Source of the DNA: Candidatus Bathyarchaeia archaeon
Lineage (GTDB): Archaea; Thermoproteota; Bathyarchaeia; Bathyarchaeales; Bathycorpusculaceae
DNA: 64,000 nt
Direction of reading: 5' to 3'
NCBI GenBank assembly: GCA_049512935.1
Contig: JBEKWR010000003.1
Coordinates: forward strand, 32,001 to 96,000
Numbering within the stretch: position 1 is the first letter of the stretch; every line of letters begins with the position of its first letter. Made by a program: the position numbers and the translations under genes. The notes beneath the pieces are model-generated. The model saw only the letters and a list, made by a program, of their open reading frames with translations, did not search any database and had not been told where the DNA came from. Shown piece by piece: positions 46,893-56,339 of this stretch.

Positions 46893-49786
46893 GCAGGCTG
46901 CTTCACTGCCAACCCTATTTCTTCCCGCGGGCGGTTAAGAATTTTCTGCAAAAACCTTCCAGTGTGGCACCCCTCGACCTGCGCGACTTCTTCAGGGGTT
47001 CCCTGCGCAAGAAGTTCCCCTCCCGCAGCTCCGCCTTCAGGACCCAAATCGATGAGGTAATCGCAGCTTTTTATCACATCGAGGTTGTGTTCGATGATGT
47101 AGACGGTGTTGCCGTTGCCAACCAGCCGATTCAGCACCCTGATGAGGCGCTTCGTATCGTCGAAATGCAGCCCCGTGGTCGGCTCGTCAAGCATGTAAAC
47201 GACGTGTCCCGTCTTGTTTTTGCTAAGTTCACGCGTGATTTTGATGCGTTGGCTTTCTCCGCCTGACAGTGTGGTTGAGCTTTGCCCAAGTTTAATGTAG
47301 CCTAAACCTACGTCTAGAAGTGTGGTCAGTTTGCGTGAGAGTCGTGGCGTGTTCTCGAAGAACTTGGCTGCTTCCTCAACCGTCATATCCAACACTTCAG
47401 CGATGTTCTTGCCTTTGAAGAGGACGCTTAGGGTTTCCTTGTTGTACCGTTTGCCTTTGCAGTCGCTGCATTGCACGTAGACATCGGGCAGAAAGTTCAT
47501 TTCTATGCGTAGGACGCCGTCGCCCTGGCAGGTTTCGCATCTGCCGCCTTTCACGTTGAAGCTGAAGCGTCCCTCTTTGTAGCCGCGGGCTTTCGCCTCT
47601 TTGGTTGACGCGAAGATGCGTCTTATTTCGTCGAAGAGCTTGGTGTAGGTGGCTGGGTTGCTTCTCGGTGTCCTGCCAATTGGGTCTTGGTCGATGACTA
47701 TGACGTTGTGGACCATCGGCGGAATGTCGATTGACTCGTGTTTGCCGACTTTATCGATTTTCTCCCCAAAGATCTGCCGAAGCTTGGGAATCACGGTTAA
47801 ATTCATCAGCGTGCTTTTGCCCGAGCCTGAAACCCCTGTGACTCCGCAGAGCACGCCCAGCGGCAGTTGCAGGTTGAGGCATTTTAGGTTGTTTTCTTCT
47901 GCGCCTTTCACGGTGATGTAGCCGACGGGTTTGCGCCTTGACTCGGGCACATCGATTTTGAGTTCGCCTGACAGGTACTTGCCCGTGAGGCTTCGCTTGT
48001 TAGCCATGATTTCTTCAGGCGGTCCTTCAGCGACGACGTGTCCTCCGTGGACTCCTGCGCCGGGTCCCATGTCAATGATGTAGTCGGCTTTCCGTATGGT
48101 TTCCTCGTCATGCTCGACGACGATTAGCGTGTTGCCCAGGTCGCGCAGCCGATGAAGCGTGCTGATGAGTTTAGCGTTGTCCCGCTGGTGCAAGCCGATG
48201 CTGGGTTCATCAAGAATGTAGAGGACGCCCATGAGATTGCTGCCTATCTGCGTGGCTAAGCGGATTCTCTGCGCTTCGCCGCCGCTAAGTGTCCGCGCCG
48301 CACGGCTAAGCGACAGGTAGCCTAAACCAACGTTCTTCAAGAAACCCAGCCGCTCATTGACTTCCTTGAGCACCTGTTTGGCAATTGCTAGTTCTTTTTC
48401 GGTGAGTTGCGCTGGCAGGTTGTGGAAGAATTCAACCGCCTCTTCAATCGACAGGTCAGTTGCGTCGATTATGCTTTTATCCATAATTTTTACTGCGAGA
48501 ACGACGGGCTGCAGTTTCTTTCCTTTGCAGGCGTTGCAGGGTCGGGATGTCATGAATTTTTCGATGTCTTCTTTTCGCCATTCGCTCTCAGTCTGGCGAT
48601 AGAGCCTTGCCGTCTGCGGGATTATGCCTTCCCAGCCTTCGCGCATCCACATGTTAGCGCCGTTTGACCAGTGACCGTTGAGGGGTTCTCTGTCGCCGTA
48701 AAGGAGCACGTGCAGCTGCTGCTCTGTGAAATCTTTTATCGGTGTGAAAACGTCGAATCCGTGTTTTTTACCGACCGTTGCTATCTGCTGCGCGCGCCAG
48801 CTAAGGTCCATGCTGCCGTAAATCGCTAAAGCGCCATCCATGATGGATAAGTCTTTGTTTGGGATAACTTTGTCTGGGGATATTTCGGTTATTTCGCCTA
48901 AGCCGTGGCAGGTTGGGCAGGCGCCGAAAGGCGAGTTGAAGCTGAACATTCGCGGCTCAAGGCTTTCAAAAACGATTTCGGGGTGATTTGGGCATGCTCC
49001 GAAGGTGCTGTACATCGTTTCATCTTCGAACCGTTCAAGCTCTTTTTTCTCTGTTTGAGCCTTTTCGGCGTCGATGACAATCATTGTTCCCTTGCCCACC
49101 TGAAGAGCCTGCTCCACCGCTTCAGAAATTCGAGAATGCTCCTCATCAACAATTTTTACTGTGTCGATGACGGCTTCAATCCAGTGCTTCTCGTACCGCA
49201 CCAGCTTAACTTCTTCCTTTATGGCGTCGGAATCGTAGATTTTCTGGTCTACCCGTATCTTGGTGTACCCCTGCTTCTTGAGGTCGTCGAAAACCTGCTC
49301 GTGCGTGCCTTTTATACCGCGGATGACTGGGGCAAGGAAAGTCAAGGTTTTCTTTTTTTCAACCATGATAAGGCTGGTGATGTTTTCTGGGCTCTGCGGG
49401 TGAATTGAACTGCCGCAGATGGGGCAGTGATGTGTGCCGATGCGGGCGAAAAGAAGCCTCAGGTAATCGTAGATTTCCGTGACGGTTCCAACGGTTGAAC
49501 GGGGGTTTTTGCTGGTGCTTTTCTGCTCAATTGAGATGGCTGGAGACAATCCTTCGATGGAGTCAACATCGGGTTTATCCATCAAGCCGAGGAACTGCCG
49601 TGCGTAAGCGGATAGGCTCTCAACGTACCTGCGCTGTCCCTCCGCGTAGATGGTGTCGAAGGCAAGAGTGGATTTTCCTGAGCCAGAAAGCCCAGTGATA
49701 ACTATGAACTTGTTTCTGGGCAATTCCACGTCGATGTTTTTGAGGTTATGCTCTCTTGCACCCTTAACTGAGATGCTGTCTCTCAT
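46889..49786 (-). CDS. uvrA: Excinuclease ABC subunit A
   Basis: GAREHNLK, two ABC modules (GLSGSGKS, GVSGSGKS, LSGGE), Zn fingers. Confidence 0.98.
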   Translation of the reverse strand: MRDSISVKGAREHNLKNIDVELPRNKFIVITGLSGSGKSTLAFDTIYAEGQRRYVESLSAYARQFLGLMDKPDVDSIEGLSPAISIEQKSTSKNPRSTVGTVTEIYDYLRLLFARIGTHHCPICGSSIHPQSPENITSLIMVEKKKTLTFLAPVIRGIKGTHEQVFDDLKKQGYTKIRVDQKIYDSDAIKEEVKLVRYEKHWIEAVIDTVKIVDEEHSRISEAVEQALQVGKGTMIVIDAEKAQTEKKELERFEDETMYSTFGACPNHPEIVFESLEPRMFSFNSPFGACPTCHGLGEITEISPDKVIPNKDLSIMDGALAIYGSMDLSWRAQQIATVGKKHGFDVFTPIKDFTEQQLHVLLYGDREPLNGHWSNGANMWMREGWEGIIPQTARLYRQTESEWRKEDIEKFMTSRPCNACKGKKLQPVVLAVKIMDKSIIDATDLSIEEAVEFFHNLPAQLTEKELAIAKQVLKEVNERLGFLKNVGLGYLSLSRAARTLSGGEAQRIRLATQIGSNLMGVLYILDEPSIGLHQRDNAKLISTLHRLRDLGNTLIVVEHDEETIRKADYIIDMGPGAGVHGGHVVAEGPPEEIMANKRSLTGKYLSGELKIDVPESRRKPVGYITVKGAEENNLKCLNLQLPLGVLCGVTGVSGSGKSTLMNLTVIPKLRQIFGEKIDKVGKHESIDIPPMVHNVIVIDQDPIGRTPRSNPATYTKLFDEIRRIFASTKEAKARGYKEGRFSFNVKGGRCETCQGDGVLRIEMNFLPDVYVQCSDCKGKRYNKETLSVLFKGKNIAEVLDMTVEEAAKFFENTPRLSRKLTTLLDVGLGYIKLGQSSTTLSGGESQRIKITRELSKNKTGHVVYMLDEPTTGLHFDDTKRLIRVLNRLVGNGNTVYIIEHNLDVIKSCDYLIDLGPEGGAAGGELLAQGTPEEVAQVEGCHTGRFLQKILNRPREEIGLAVKQPA

Positions 49787-49861
49787 AACGAAACCAGTTT
49801 CCTTCTCCGCTTCTCGTAAACTTAACCTGTTTAGGCAGGATGGATTAGAACCTTTTTGCTC

Positions 49862-51826
49862 CTAACTCCAAGTTTTCTGGGTTTCACCCTCGTTTTCCAC
49901 CTTCTTTGTCAACGCCAGATTCAGCTCCGCAATCGTGTCCCTAAGTTCAATGGCGCGTTCGAAGTCAAGTTTCTCGGCGGCTTTCCTCATCTGCGCGTCA
50001 AGCTCAATTATCTGGCGCTGAATGTCTGACTTCGGCAGGTGCTTTACACCCTTAATCTTGCCCTCCTTAAGCGACACGCTCTTCACTATCGTCTTAGGCG
50101 TGATGCCGTGGATTTGGTTGTAGCGTTTCTGGAAGGCGCGCCTGTAATTCGTAATTTCCATCGCCCGCTTGATCGACGCTGTCTCCACGTCGGCGTAAAG
50201 GAAGACTTTGCCGTTGACGTTTCTTGCTGCTCGCCCGATGGTTTGGATGAGGCTTCGCTCGTCCCGCAGAAAACCCTCCTTGTCAGCGTCCAAAATGAAG
50301 ATGGTGGCGACCTCTGGGATGTCTAAGCCTTCACGCAGCAGGTTTATGCCTACTAAAATGTCGAAGTCGCCCACGCGCAGTTGCCGCACAAGTTCTATGC
50401 GGTCTAAGCTTTCGATGTCTGAGTGCATGTATCTTACGCGGAAGCCTTCTTTGACAAGGTAATCCGCAAGGTCTTCAGCCATCCGTTTCGTAAGCGTCGT
50501 GATTAGGATGCGGTCGCCGCGCTCGATGGTTTTCTTAGCTTCAGCCATCAGGTGCTGCATCTGCCCAGCGATCGGGTGAAGCTCCACTTCAGGGTCTAAA
50601 AGACCCGTTGGACGCGTGATGAGTTCGACGGGTGGGCCGCTCTTTTCCAGCTCGTACTCGGCTGGGGTCGCGGAGGCGAAGAGGACTTTGCCCATTTTTC
50701 CCTCAAACTCCTCAAACCTTAAGGGTCTGTTGTCGAGGGCGCTGGGAAGTCGGAAGCCGAAGTCTACGAGGTTCTTTTTTCTTGAGTAGTCACCGTTGTA
50801 CATCGCGTGTGCCTGCGGAATCGTCTGGTGGCTCTCGTCGATGATGAGCAGGTAATCTTTGGGGAAGTAATCCATCAGTGTGAACGGCGGCTCGCCTGGT
50901 CTGCGCCCGTCAAAGTGCCTGCTGTAGTTCTCCATGCCTGCGCAGAAGCCGATTTCCCGTATCATCTCCAAATCGTAGTTTGTCCGTTGCTTTAGCCTTT
51001 GAGCCTCAAGCGGCGGCAGATCGGGAAGCCTCTGCTCTAACTCCTGCTTGATATGCTCAAGCGCGAGTGCATGCTTCTCTTCGGGAACAACGTACTGGCG
51101 TGCAGGGTAAAGAGTAAGCTTGTCAACTGTGACTTTGACGTCGCCTGTTATGTGGTTGACTTCTTTAAGTTTGCCAACCGTGTTTGCGTCGAGTTCAACC
51201 CGTAAAATATCGTTCTCGTAGGAGGGCACGATGTCCACTGAGTTGCCTCGCACGCGGAACCTGCCAGGCTCAAGCACCATGTCACATCGTTCGTACTGCA
51301 TGTCAACCAGCGCATGGATCAGGTCTTGCCTTGAAATTTGCTTTCCAACCGCCAAGTCCAGCGCCATTTTTCTGAAGTCGTCCGGGTTTCCAAGGCTGTA
51401 GATGCAGCTTATGCTGGCGACTATTATGGTGTCGTTTCGGCTGACCAGGCTGGAGACAGCGTGCATACGCATCTTCTCGATTTCCTCGTTCACGTCAGAG
51501 TCTTTTTCAATGTACATGTCCTGCGCTGGCAAGTACGATTCAGGCTGATAGAAATCGTAGAAGCTGATGAAGTATTCAACGCGGTTGTTCGGGAAGTAGG
51601 ATTTCAACTCGGCATAGAGCTGCGCTGCCAAAATCTTGTTGTGCGAGATTATCAGGGTTGGCTTTTGCAGGCGGTTGATCACGTTAGCCATGACAAACGT
51701 CTTTCCTGAACCAGTCAAGCCCAGAAGCGTCTGCTTATCCTTCGTTGCGAAGTTGCTTACGAGTTGGTCGACGGCTTTTTCCTGACCGGGAGAAATCTTA
51801 AAAGGCGCATTTAGCTCGAACTGCAT
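49862..51826 (-). CDS. uvrB: Excinuclease ABC subunit B
   Basis: GLTGSGKT, FYDFYQPE, IDESH, GRAARN, C-terminal UVR domain; ATG 51826. Confidence 0.98.
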   Translation of the reverse strand: MQFELNAPFKISPGQEKAVDQLVSNFATKDKQTLLGLTGSGKTFVMANVINRLQKPTLIISHNKILAAQLYAELKSYFPNNRVEYFISFYDFYQPESYLPAQDMYIEKDSDVNEEIEKMRMHAVSSLVSRNDTIIVASISCIYSLGNPDDFRKMALDLAVGKQISRQDLIHALVDMQYERCDMVLEPGRFRVRGNSVDIVPSYENDILRVELDANTVGKLKEVNHITGDVKVTVDKLTLYPARQYVVPEEKHALALEHIKQELEQRLPDLPPLEAQRLKQRTNYDLEMIREIGFCAGMENYSRHFDGRRPGEPPFTLMDYFPKDYLLIIDESHQTIPQAHAMYNGDYSRKKNLVDFGFRLPSALDNRPLRFEEFEGKMGKVLFASATPAEYELEKSGPPVELITRPTGLLDPEVELHPIAGQMQHLMAEAKKTIERGDRILITTLTKRMAEDLADYLVKEGFRVRYMHSDIESLDRIELVRQLRVGDFDILVGINLLREGLDIPEVATIFILDADKEGFLRDERSLIQTIGRAARNVNGKVFLYADVETASIKRAMEITNYRRAFQKRYNQIHGITPKTIVKSVSLKEGKIKGVKHLPKSDIQRQIIELDAQMRKAAEKLDFERAIELRDTIAELNLALTKKVENEGETQKTWS

Positions 51827-51936
51827 TGTTTCTCTCCACAAACTGACAAGAAATGACCCTACAAGTTGAACTAATAAGGCTTTTTCTAAAACCACTCCTT
51901 ATCTCCAAGATGACTCAGTCTTCTGATAACAAGAAT

Positions 51937-52587
51937 TTACGGTAGAGGGATTCCGCCAATCCACACTGGGACAATCTGGAAACTTGTTATCTCCATTTTA
52001 CTTGTTGTTGCTAAATAAATAGAAATAGTTGCCGTCTCCCCGCCGTTTAGGCCCGCAAATGACAATGAGTCTGGTGGGAGTCCCACCTGAGTTAAATCAG
52101 TTGCGTTAATTTCATTGTTGCCGCTAAATATTTTTGCGGTCAAGAAAACATAGGCGAAAGCTGGAGTTGGATTATTCAGGAACTGGGCGGGCGGTGGGTA
52201 CTGTGCCGAGTAATCGTTGCGTACGGTGACGTTTATGATGACGCATGGTTCCCCTTTTTCAACAACTGGCGGACCACCTTGTTGACCCATGGCGCTGCGG
52301 GTGGGGTAAGGATAGAAACCGGAACTTAAGTTTGTGGAAACGACAAAAATTCTGGTGATGTTGCCCCTGAATGATAGGTAGTAGCCAGATGCGGGTTGAA
52401 CTTTTCCAATAACTGGTTTTACGGCTTGAGGCAGCGAATTACGCGAGATTTCGGGTATGACCCAGAATGCAGACAACAATATTGTTGCAACTGCTATTAA
52501 TGCCGCTAAGACTACGAGTTTTTTCTTTAGGCTAAAATGATTCAAACTGTTTTCTGGGTTCTTCATCACTGAATCCTTATTTTTCAA
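51937..52587 (-). CDS. Membrane-anchored hypothetical protein
   Basis: N-terminal TM followed by a beta-rich extracellular domain. Confidence 0.65.
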   Translation of the reverse strand: MKNKDSVMKNPENSLNHFSLKKKLVVLAALIAVATILLSAFWVIPEISRNSLPQAVKPVIGKVQPASGYYLSFRGNITRIFVVSTNLSSGFYPYPTRSAMGQQGGPPVVEKGEPCVIINVTVRNDYSAQYPPPAQFLNNPTPAFAYVFLTAKIFSGNNEINATDLTQVGLPPDSLSFAGLNGGETATISIYLATTSKMEITSFQIVPVWIGGIPLP

Positions 52588-52697
52588 ATCTTTTAAGGCT
52601 ATACATTAGAACAGCGCGTTCAAGCGAGATACTAAAGTTGAAATTTTTCTGTGAAGGCAGTTTACCAAAGATCGATGAACTTCTGCAAAAGCTGGAC

Positions 52698-52907
52698 CTA
52701 AAAAGGCCGCGTCTTTTCAGGGCGTCTTCCGGAAAGCAAGACAAAAACAAGACCCAACACCACTAGAACGATGCTGAGTACGTCGAAAATTATCAGTCTG
52801 TTAGTACTTTTTATGTAGTTAAAATGGTAAAGCAGGGACGAAAGAGTCAGAAAGAACACTCCGATAATTATGATTATTAATCCCTGCAAGAGCGACTTTG
52901 TCGGCAT
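52698..52907 (-). CDS. Small 2-TM membrane protein
   Basis: ATG 52907 after GGTGA; two hydrophobic helices. Confidence 0.55.
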   Translation of the reverse strand: MPTKSLLQGLIIIIIGVFFLTLSSLLYHFNYIKSTNRLIIFDVLSIVLVVLGLVFVLLSGRRPEKTRPF

Positions 52908-53064
52908 CTTAACATCACCAAGCCATAACAGCAATTATTCCTGCTTAGAATTGAATGAATCCCTTCCGTTTTAGCTTTTCGAAACCGCTGTTTTTGCCGC
53001 CGATCCCTTTCATTTACCCGATATTGAACGAAGAAGCCGTTGACTGGGTACTCGGCCTTTTTTC

Positions 53065-53358
53065 TTACACGACTTTTAGTGTGCCGAATTTGCCTGCGTT
53101 TAGCTGGATTTCGCCTTTGAAGCTGGTTATGTAGCCGTTGTCGATTTTTATGTTGTCGCCAACGTTAACCATGTCGATCTGCTCGTTCCACAGTGTCAGC
53201 TTGATGCTGCCCGTCTCGTCCGCAACCACGGCGTCGACGATGCGGTAAGTTTCATCTTTAAAACGTGATTTGACTTCTCTCGGGTCGCCTTTTTCAACAA
53301 CTTTCGCTTCAACGCTAACCCGTTTCATCCCATTCTGCAAATCCTTAATAGCTGTCAA
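53065..53358 (-). CDS. ssb: Single OB-fold ssDNA-binding protein
   Basis: VADETGSIKLTLWNEQ...GYITSFKGEIQLNAGKFG. Confidence 0.88.
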   Translation of the reverse strand: MTAIKDLQNGMKRVSVEAKVVEKGDPREVKSRFKDETYRIVDAVVADETGSIKLTLWNEQIDMVNVGDNIKIDNGYITSFKGEIQLNAGKFGTLKVV

Positions 53359-53497
53359 TTTGAGTCACCCTAAACAGTAAATTTCCCGCTTCAGATTTTC
53401 ACTTCCAGAATTTGTGCCCTTCAATCATATAAATCTTGCCTTAACCCCGCTTAAGCGCGTGGAAAAAGGGGAAAAAAGGGTGAAGCGGCGGCTTATC

Positions 53498-54778
53498 TTA
53501 GATTGGGATGCTGAACAGCAGCAGCAAGAATATTGTGAGGCCGACGCTGACGCCTGCGATCCCAATTCTCTTCGTCATCGAGAACGCCGGGTTAATGTGG
53601 CCTATTATGACGGTGCATAAGTAACCCAGCCAGACGTACGAAATGACGAACAGCGCCAAGACGAGGGTGCTGAAGCCAGAGGTCGCCGAAAGGACAGCGT
53701 TAACAGCCGCTTGGGACTGTGCTGACAGTAAACCCACCATCTGCGACGGGTAGGATATTGCGCCGAGGATGGTTGGTGCACTGCCAATCGACGCGTCATA
53801 GGGAAAGTAAAGATTGTTCAGCGTGAACGTGGCGAGGAAACCGACCAAGGCTCGGACAACCATCACAAACATTGCGAAAGCCACGGCAACGAACAGCGGC
53901 TTCCACGTGAGCGGCGCTTTGAACGCTTTAAACAGCAGGTAGATTAGTCCTGTCAAGAGCAGCCAAGTGAAAATGAACTGCAGAGAATATGCCTCCAGGA
54001 AGCTTGCTGAAGCCACGGCGCCTTCAAATGACAGGGGCGACTCGTACTGCCCGCGGAAGAACAACCCGCCTATGCGGATTGTTATGTTCGAGTCGGCTGG
54101 GTAGGTGAAGTCCAGTTTTATAGCCGTGATGTTTCCCCAGTTTGGAGCGCCGTTGGTTGTCCAGCCTTGGCTTGCGGGTCCAAGCGGGATGGTTAGGTTT
54201 TGCCAGACGTTGATTAAAGACGTGGTCGACAGGGAAGAGGTTAACTGGTAATTGTAATAGTTTGAGTCGTTAAGCGAGTACAGGGTTAAAGTTGCGCTCT
54301 GAGGAACCGTCTGAGGCGACACCAACTTTAGGGTCATGGAAAGGTTCTCAAAACCGTTGGGGGCGCAGTTAACGTTAAAGAGGTCCTGCAGGGTGGCAGA
54401 GGCGCTGTTTGCGTTCGGCGCGTCGATTTCTAAGCTGCTGGGACCCTTAGTGTTAGTGTAGTTTGTGAACAGATTGTAGTATCCTATGCTTGACCCAGCG
54501 TAAACTGTGTAGTTGAAGTAGTCTGCGTAATTGTTGCTTAAGCTGACGCCTGTGCTGTTGGTCCACAACGTAGCGTTGGTGTACTGTGCCAACTCGCCGA
54601 TGGACGGCGTTGTGTTTTCCACTTGGGTTTTGGCAAACTGAACGTATTCAAAGCCGAACTGCAAGCCGAGGAACAGTACGAAAACGAGAAGCACTCCAAG
54701 ATACTTGGGGTTCTCAATTATCTTTTTGAAGGCTTTCACGGGTGTGTAAAGTACTTGCGCCATGTCGTCTAGAATCAA
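53498..54778 (-). CDS. Yip1-like membrane protein with an inserted extracellular beta-sandwich
   Basis: VLYTPVKAFKKI Yip1-type start, ~200-aa N/T/S-rich insert, C-terminal TMs. Confidence 0.7.
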   Translation of the reverse strand: MILDDMAQVLYTPVKAFKKIIENPKYLGVLLVFVLFLGLQFGFEYVQFAKTQVENTTPSIGELAQYTNATLWTNSTGVSLSNNYADYFNYTVYAGSSIGYYNLFTNYTNTKGPSSLEIDAPNANSASATLQDLFNVNCAPNGFENLSMTLKLVSPQTVPQSATLTLYSLNDSNYYNYQLTSSLSTTSLINVWQNLTIPLGPASQGWTTNGAPNWGNITAIKLDFTYPADSNITIRIGGLFFRGQYESPLSFEGAVASASFLEAYSLQFIFTWLLLTGLIYLLFKAFKAPLTWKPLFVAVAFAMFVMVVRALVGFLATFTLNNLYFPYDASIGSAPTILGAISYPSQMVGLLSAQSQAAVNAVLSATSGFSTLVLALFVISYVWLGYLCTVIIGHINPAFSMTKRIGIAGVSVGLTIFLLLLFSIPI

Positions 54779-54830
54779 TCTTTTGACTTCCTCGCTATGT
54801 CAGTTCCGTGGTGATTTATTTAAGTATTTG

Positions 54831-56339
54831 TCACATTCCCATTTTGAGCCGTCGATACGTCGTGTAATCCACGTACTCTATGAACGGGTTCTCAGCTTGG
54901 AATTTAACATTGACCTTCTGGTGCTTTCGCTTGTCGATAAGCTGGCTTGTGGTTCTAAGCAGGTACGCGTCGCTTCCAGCGCCTGAACCGTAGCTGCCGA
55001 CCAAGATAAGTTCTTCAGGCTTTGCAACGTCAAGCACCGACGCTAAACCCACGGGCACGCAGCCGGAGTAGGTGTTGCCGAACTTGTTAATCTGAAGCGC
55101 GGGCAAGTACTGCTCTTCCTTAAACCCAAGCTCCTTAGCCATCCTGACTGGGAACACTGGGTTAGGCTGATGAGCAACGAAGTAGGCTAAGTCGCTTGCT
55201 TTAAGGTTGAAACGCTCCATAAGCTTGCAGGTTGCCTTGCGAACATGCTTAAAATACGCGGGGTCACCAGTGAATCTTCCGCCATGACTCGGGAACTGTT
55301 CGCCGTCTCTGCGCCAGAAATCAGGCGTGTCAGACGTGCAGCTGTACCATCCCTCCACCTGAGCGATCACGTCGTTTTTCCCGAAAATGAAGGCGGCGCC
55401 GCCGTAGCCGACAAACGTGTCCAGTTCGCCGCCTGGGCAGCCTCTGGGCGCAGCTTGCGCGTTATCCGCGCCGATAGCCATGGCGTATTCTATGCCCGAG
55501 CGTGGGTAACTAACAAGGGAACAGGCGTCCTTATACATGCTTGTAGCCGCCTTGCAGGCAAACTCGGTGTCGACCGCGTCGACGCCTTGGACGTCGCCGT
55601 CTTCTTCGCCGAGCTTAAGAACCTGAGCTACCTTCGCCGCGATAGGCTTAACTGAGTACGGGTTGGATTCTGAGCCGACGTAGACTTTTCCGATCAGTTT
55701 GCTGTCGACGCCTGAGTGGACCAGCGCCATTTTTCCAGCCTCCACCGACGCGGTCACTGAGTCTTCGTCGAGGAAGGGGACGGCTCGCTCCAGCTCGGCT
55801 TCTTTTATTCTGAACCTTGAAATGTAAACGCCATAGCCCACGACTCCTGGCACGTCGTACTCCTTGGTGGGTGCCACAACCTTGTACTCTTGATGCGGGT
55901 AATACTCGTCGGCTAAAGTGAAAGCCAAGGAGATCGTTGGGATAACATCGCTTTTGCTCACGGAGTAGCGCCTGCGGAAGCGGGGAACAACCTCTCTTCC
56001 CTCAAGGTTCGACAAGTCAACCTCTTTGCCGTCGCAGATTAACTGGTCAGTCAGCCTTGCTGGCACGCGGATTTTGCCGTCGTGAAAAGAAACAATCCCG
56101 TAAACGAAGTTCGAGAGCTTCATGAACTTGTTGGTGGGTTCGTTGACGAAGGTGCATAACTCCAGTTTTCCCTTGTCATAAAACAGGTCGATGCTGTCCA
56201 TTTTTCCGTAGCTTTTTCTGCCGCAGTTGCTGCAGTAATCGCGGACTTCAAAGTATTCTTTGCCGCAGCATTGGCATCGGCTTGCCCGTAACCTGTCACC
56301 TAAATAAGAAACCCGCCGCTCTATCGGTTCACTGCTCAA
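54831..56339 (-). CDS. DUF35 (Zn-ribbon/OB)-HMG-CoA synthase fusion
   Basis: CQCCG..CSNCG + OB domain, then GSESNPY, EFACKA, DTPDFWRR, HQPN, GNTYSG, SYGSGAGSD. Confidence 0.9.
   Translation of the reverse strand: MSSEPIERRVSYLGDRLRASRCQCCGKEYFEVRDYCSNCGRKSYGKMDSIDLFYDKGKLELCTFVNEPTNKFMKLSNFVYGIVSFHDGKIRVPARLTDQLICDGKEVDLSNLEGREVVPRFRRRYSVSKSDVIPTISLAFTLADEYYPHQEYKVVAPTKEYDVPGVVGYGVYISRFRIKEAELERAVPFLDEDSVTASVEAGKMALVHSGVDSKLIGKVYVGSESNPYSVKPIAAKVAQVLKLGEEDGDVQGVDAVDTEFACKAATSMYKDACSLVSYPRSGIEYAMAIGADNAQAAPRGCPGGELDTFVGYGGAAFIFGKNDVIAQVEGWYSCTSDTPDFWRRDGEQFPSHGGRFTGDPAYFKHVRKATCKLMERFNLKASDLAYFVAHQPNPVFPVRMAKELGFKEEQYLPALQINKFGNTYSGCVPVGLASVLDVAKPEELILVGSYGSGAGSDAYLLRTTSQLIDKRKHQKVNVKFQAENPFIEYVDYTTYRRLKMGM

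Noticed and set aside
45282-51826. Bacterial-type uvrABC in an archaeon as a novelty
   Set aside because: Already established in several mesophilic archaeal lineages
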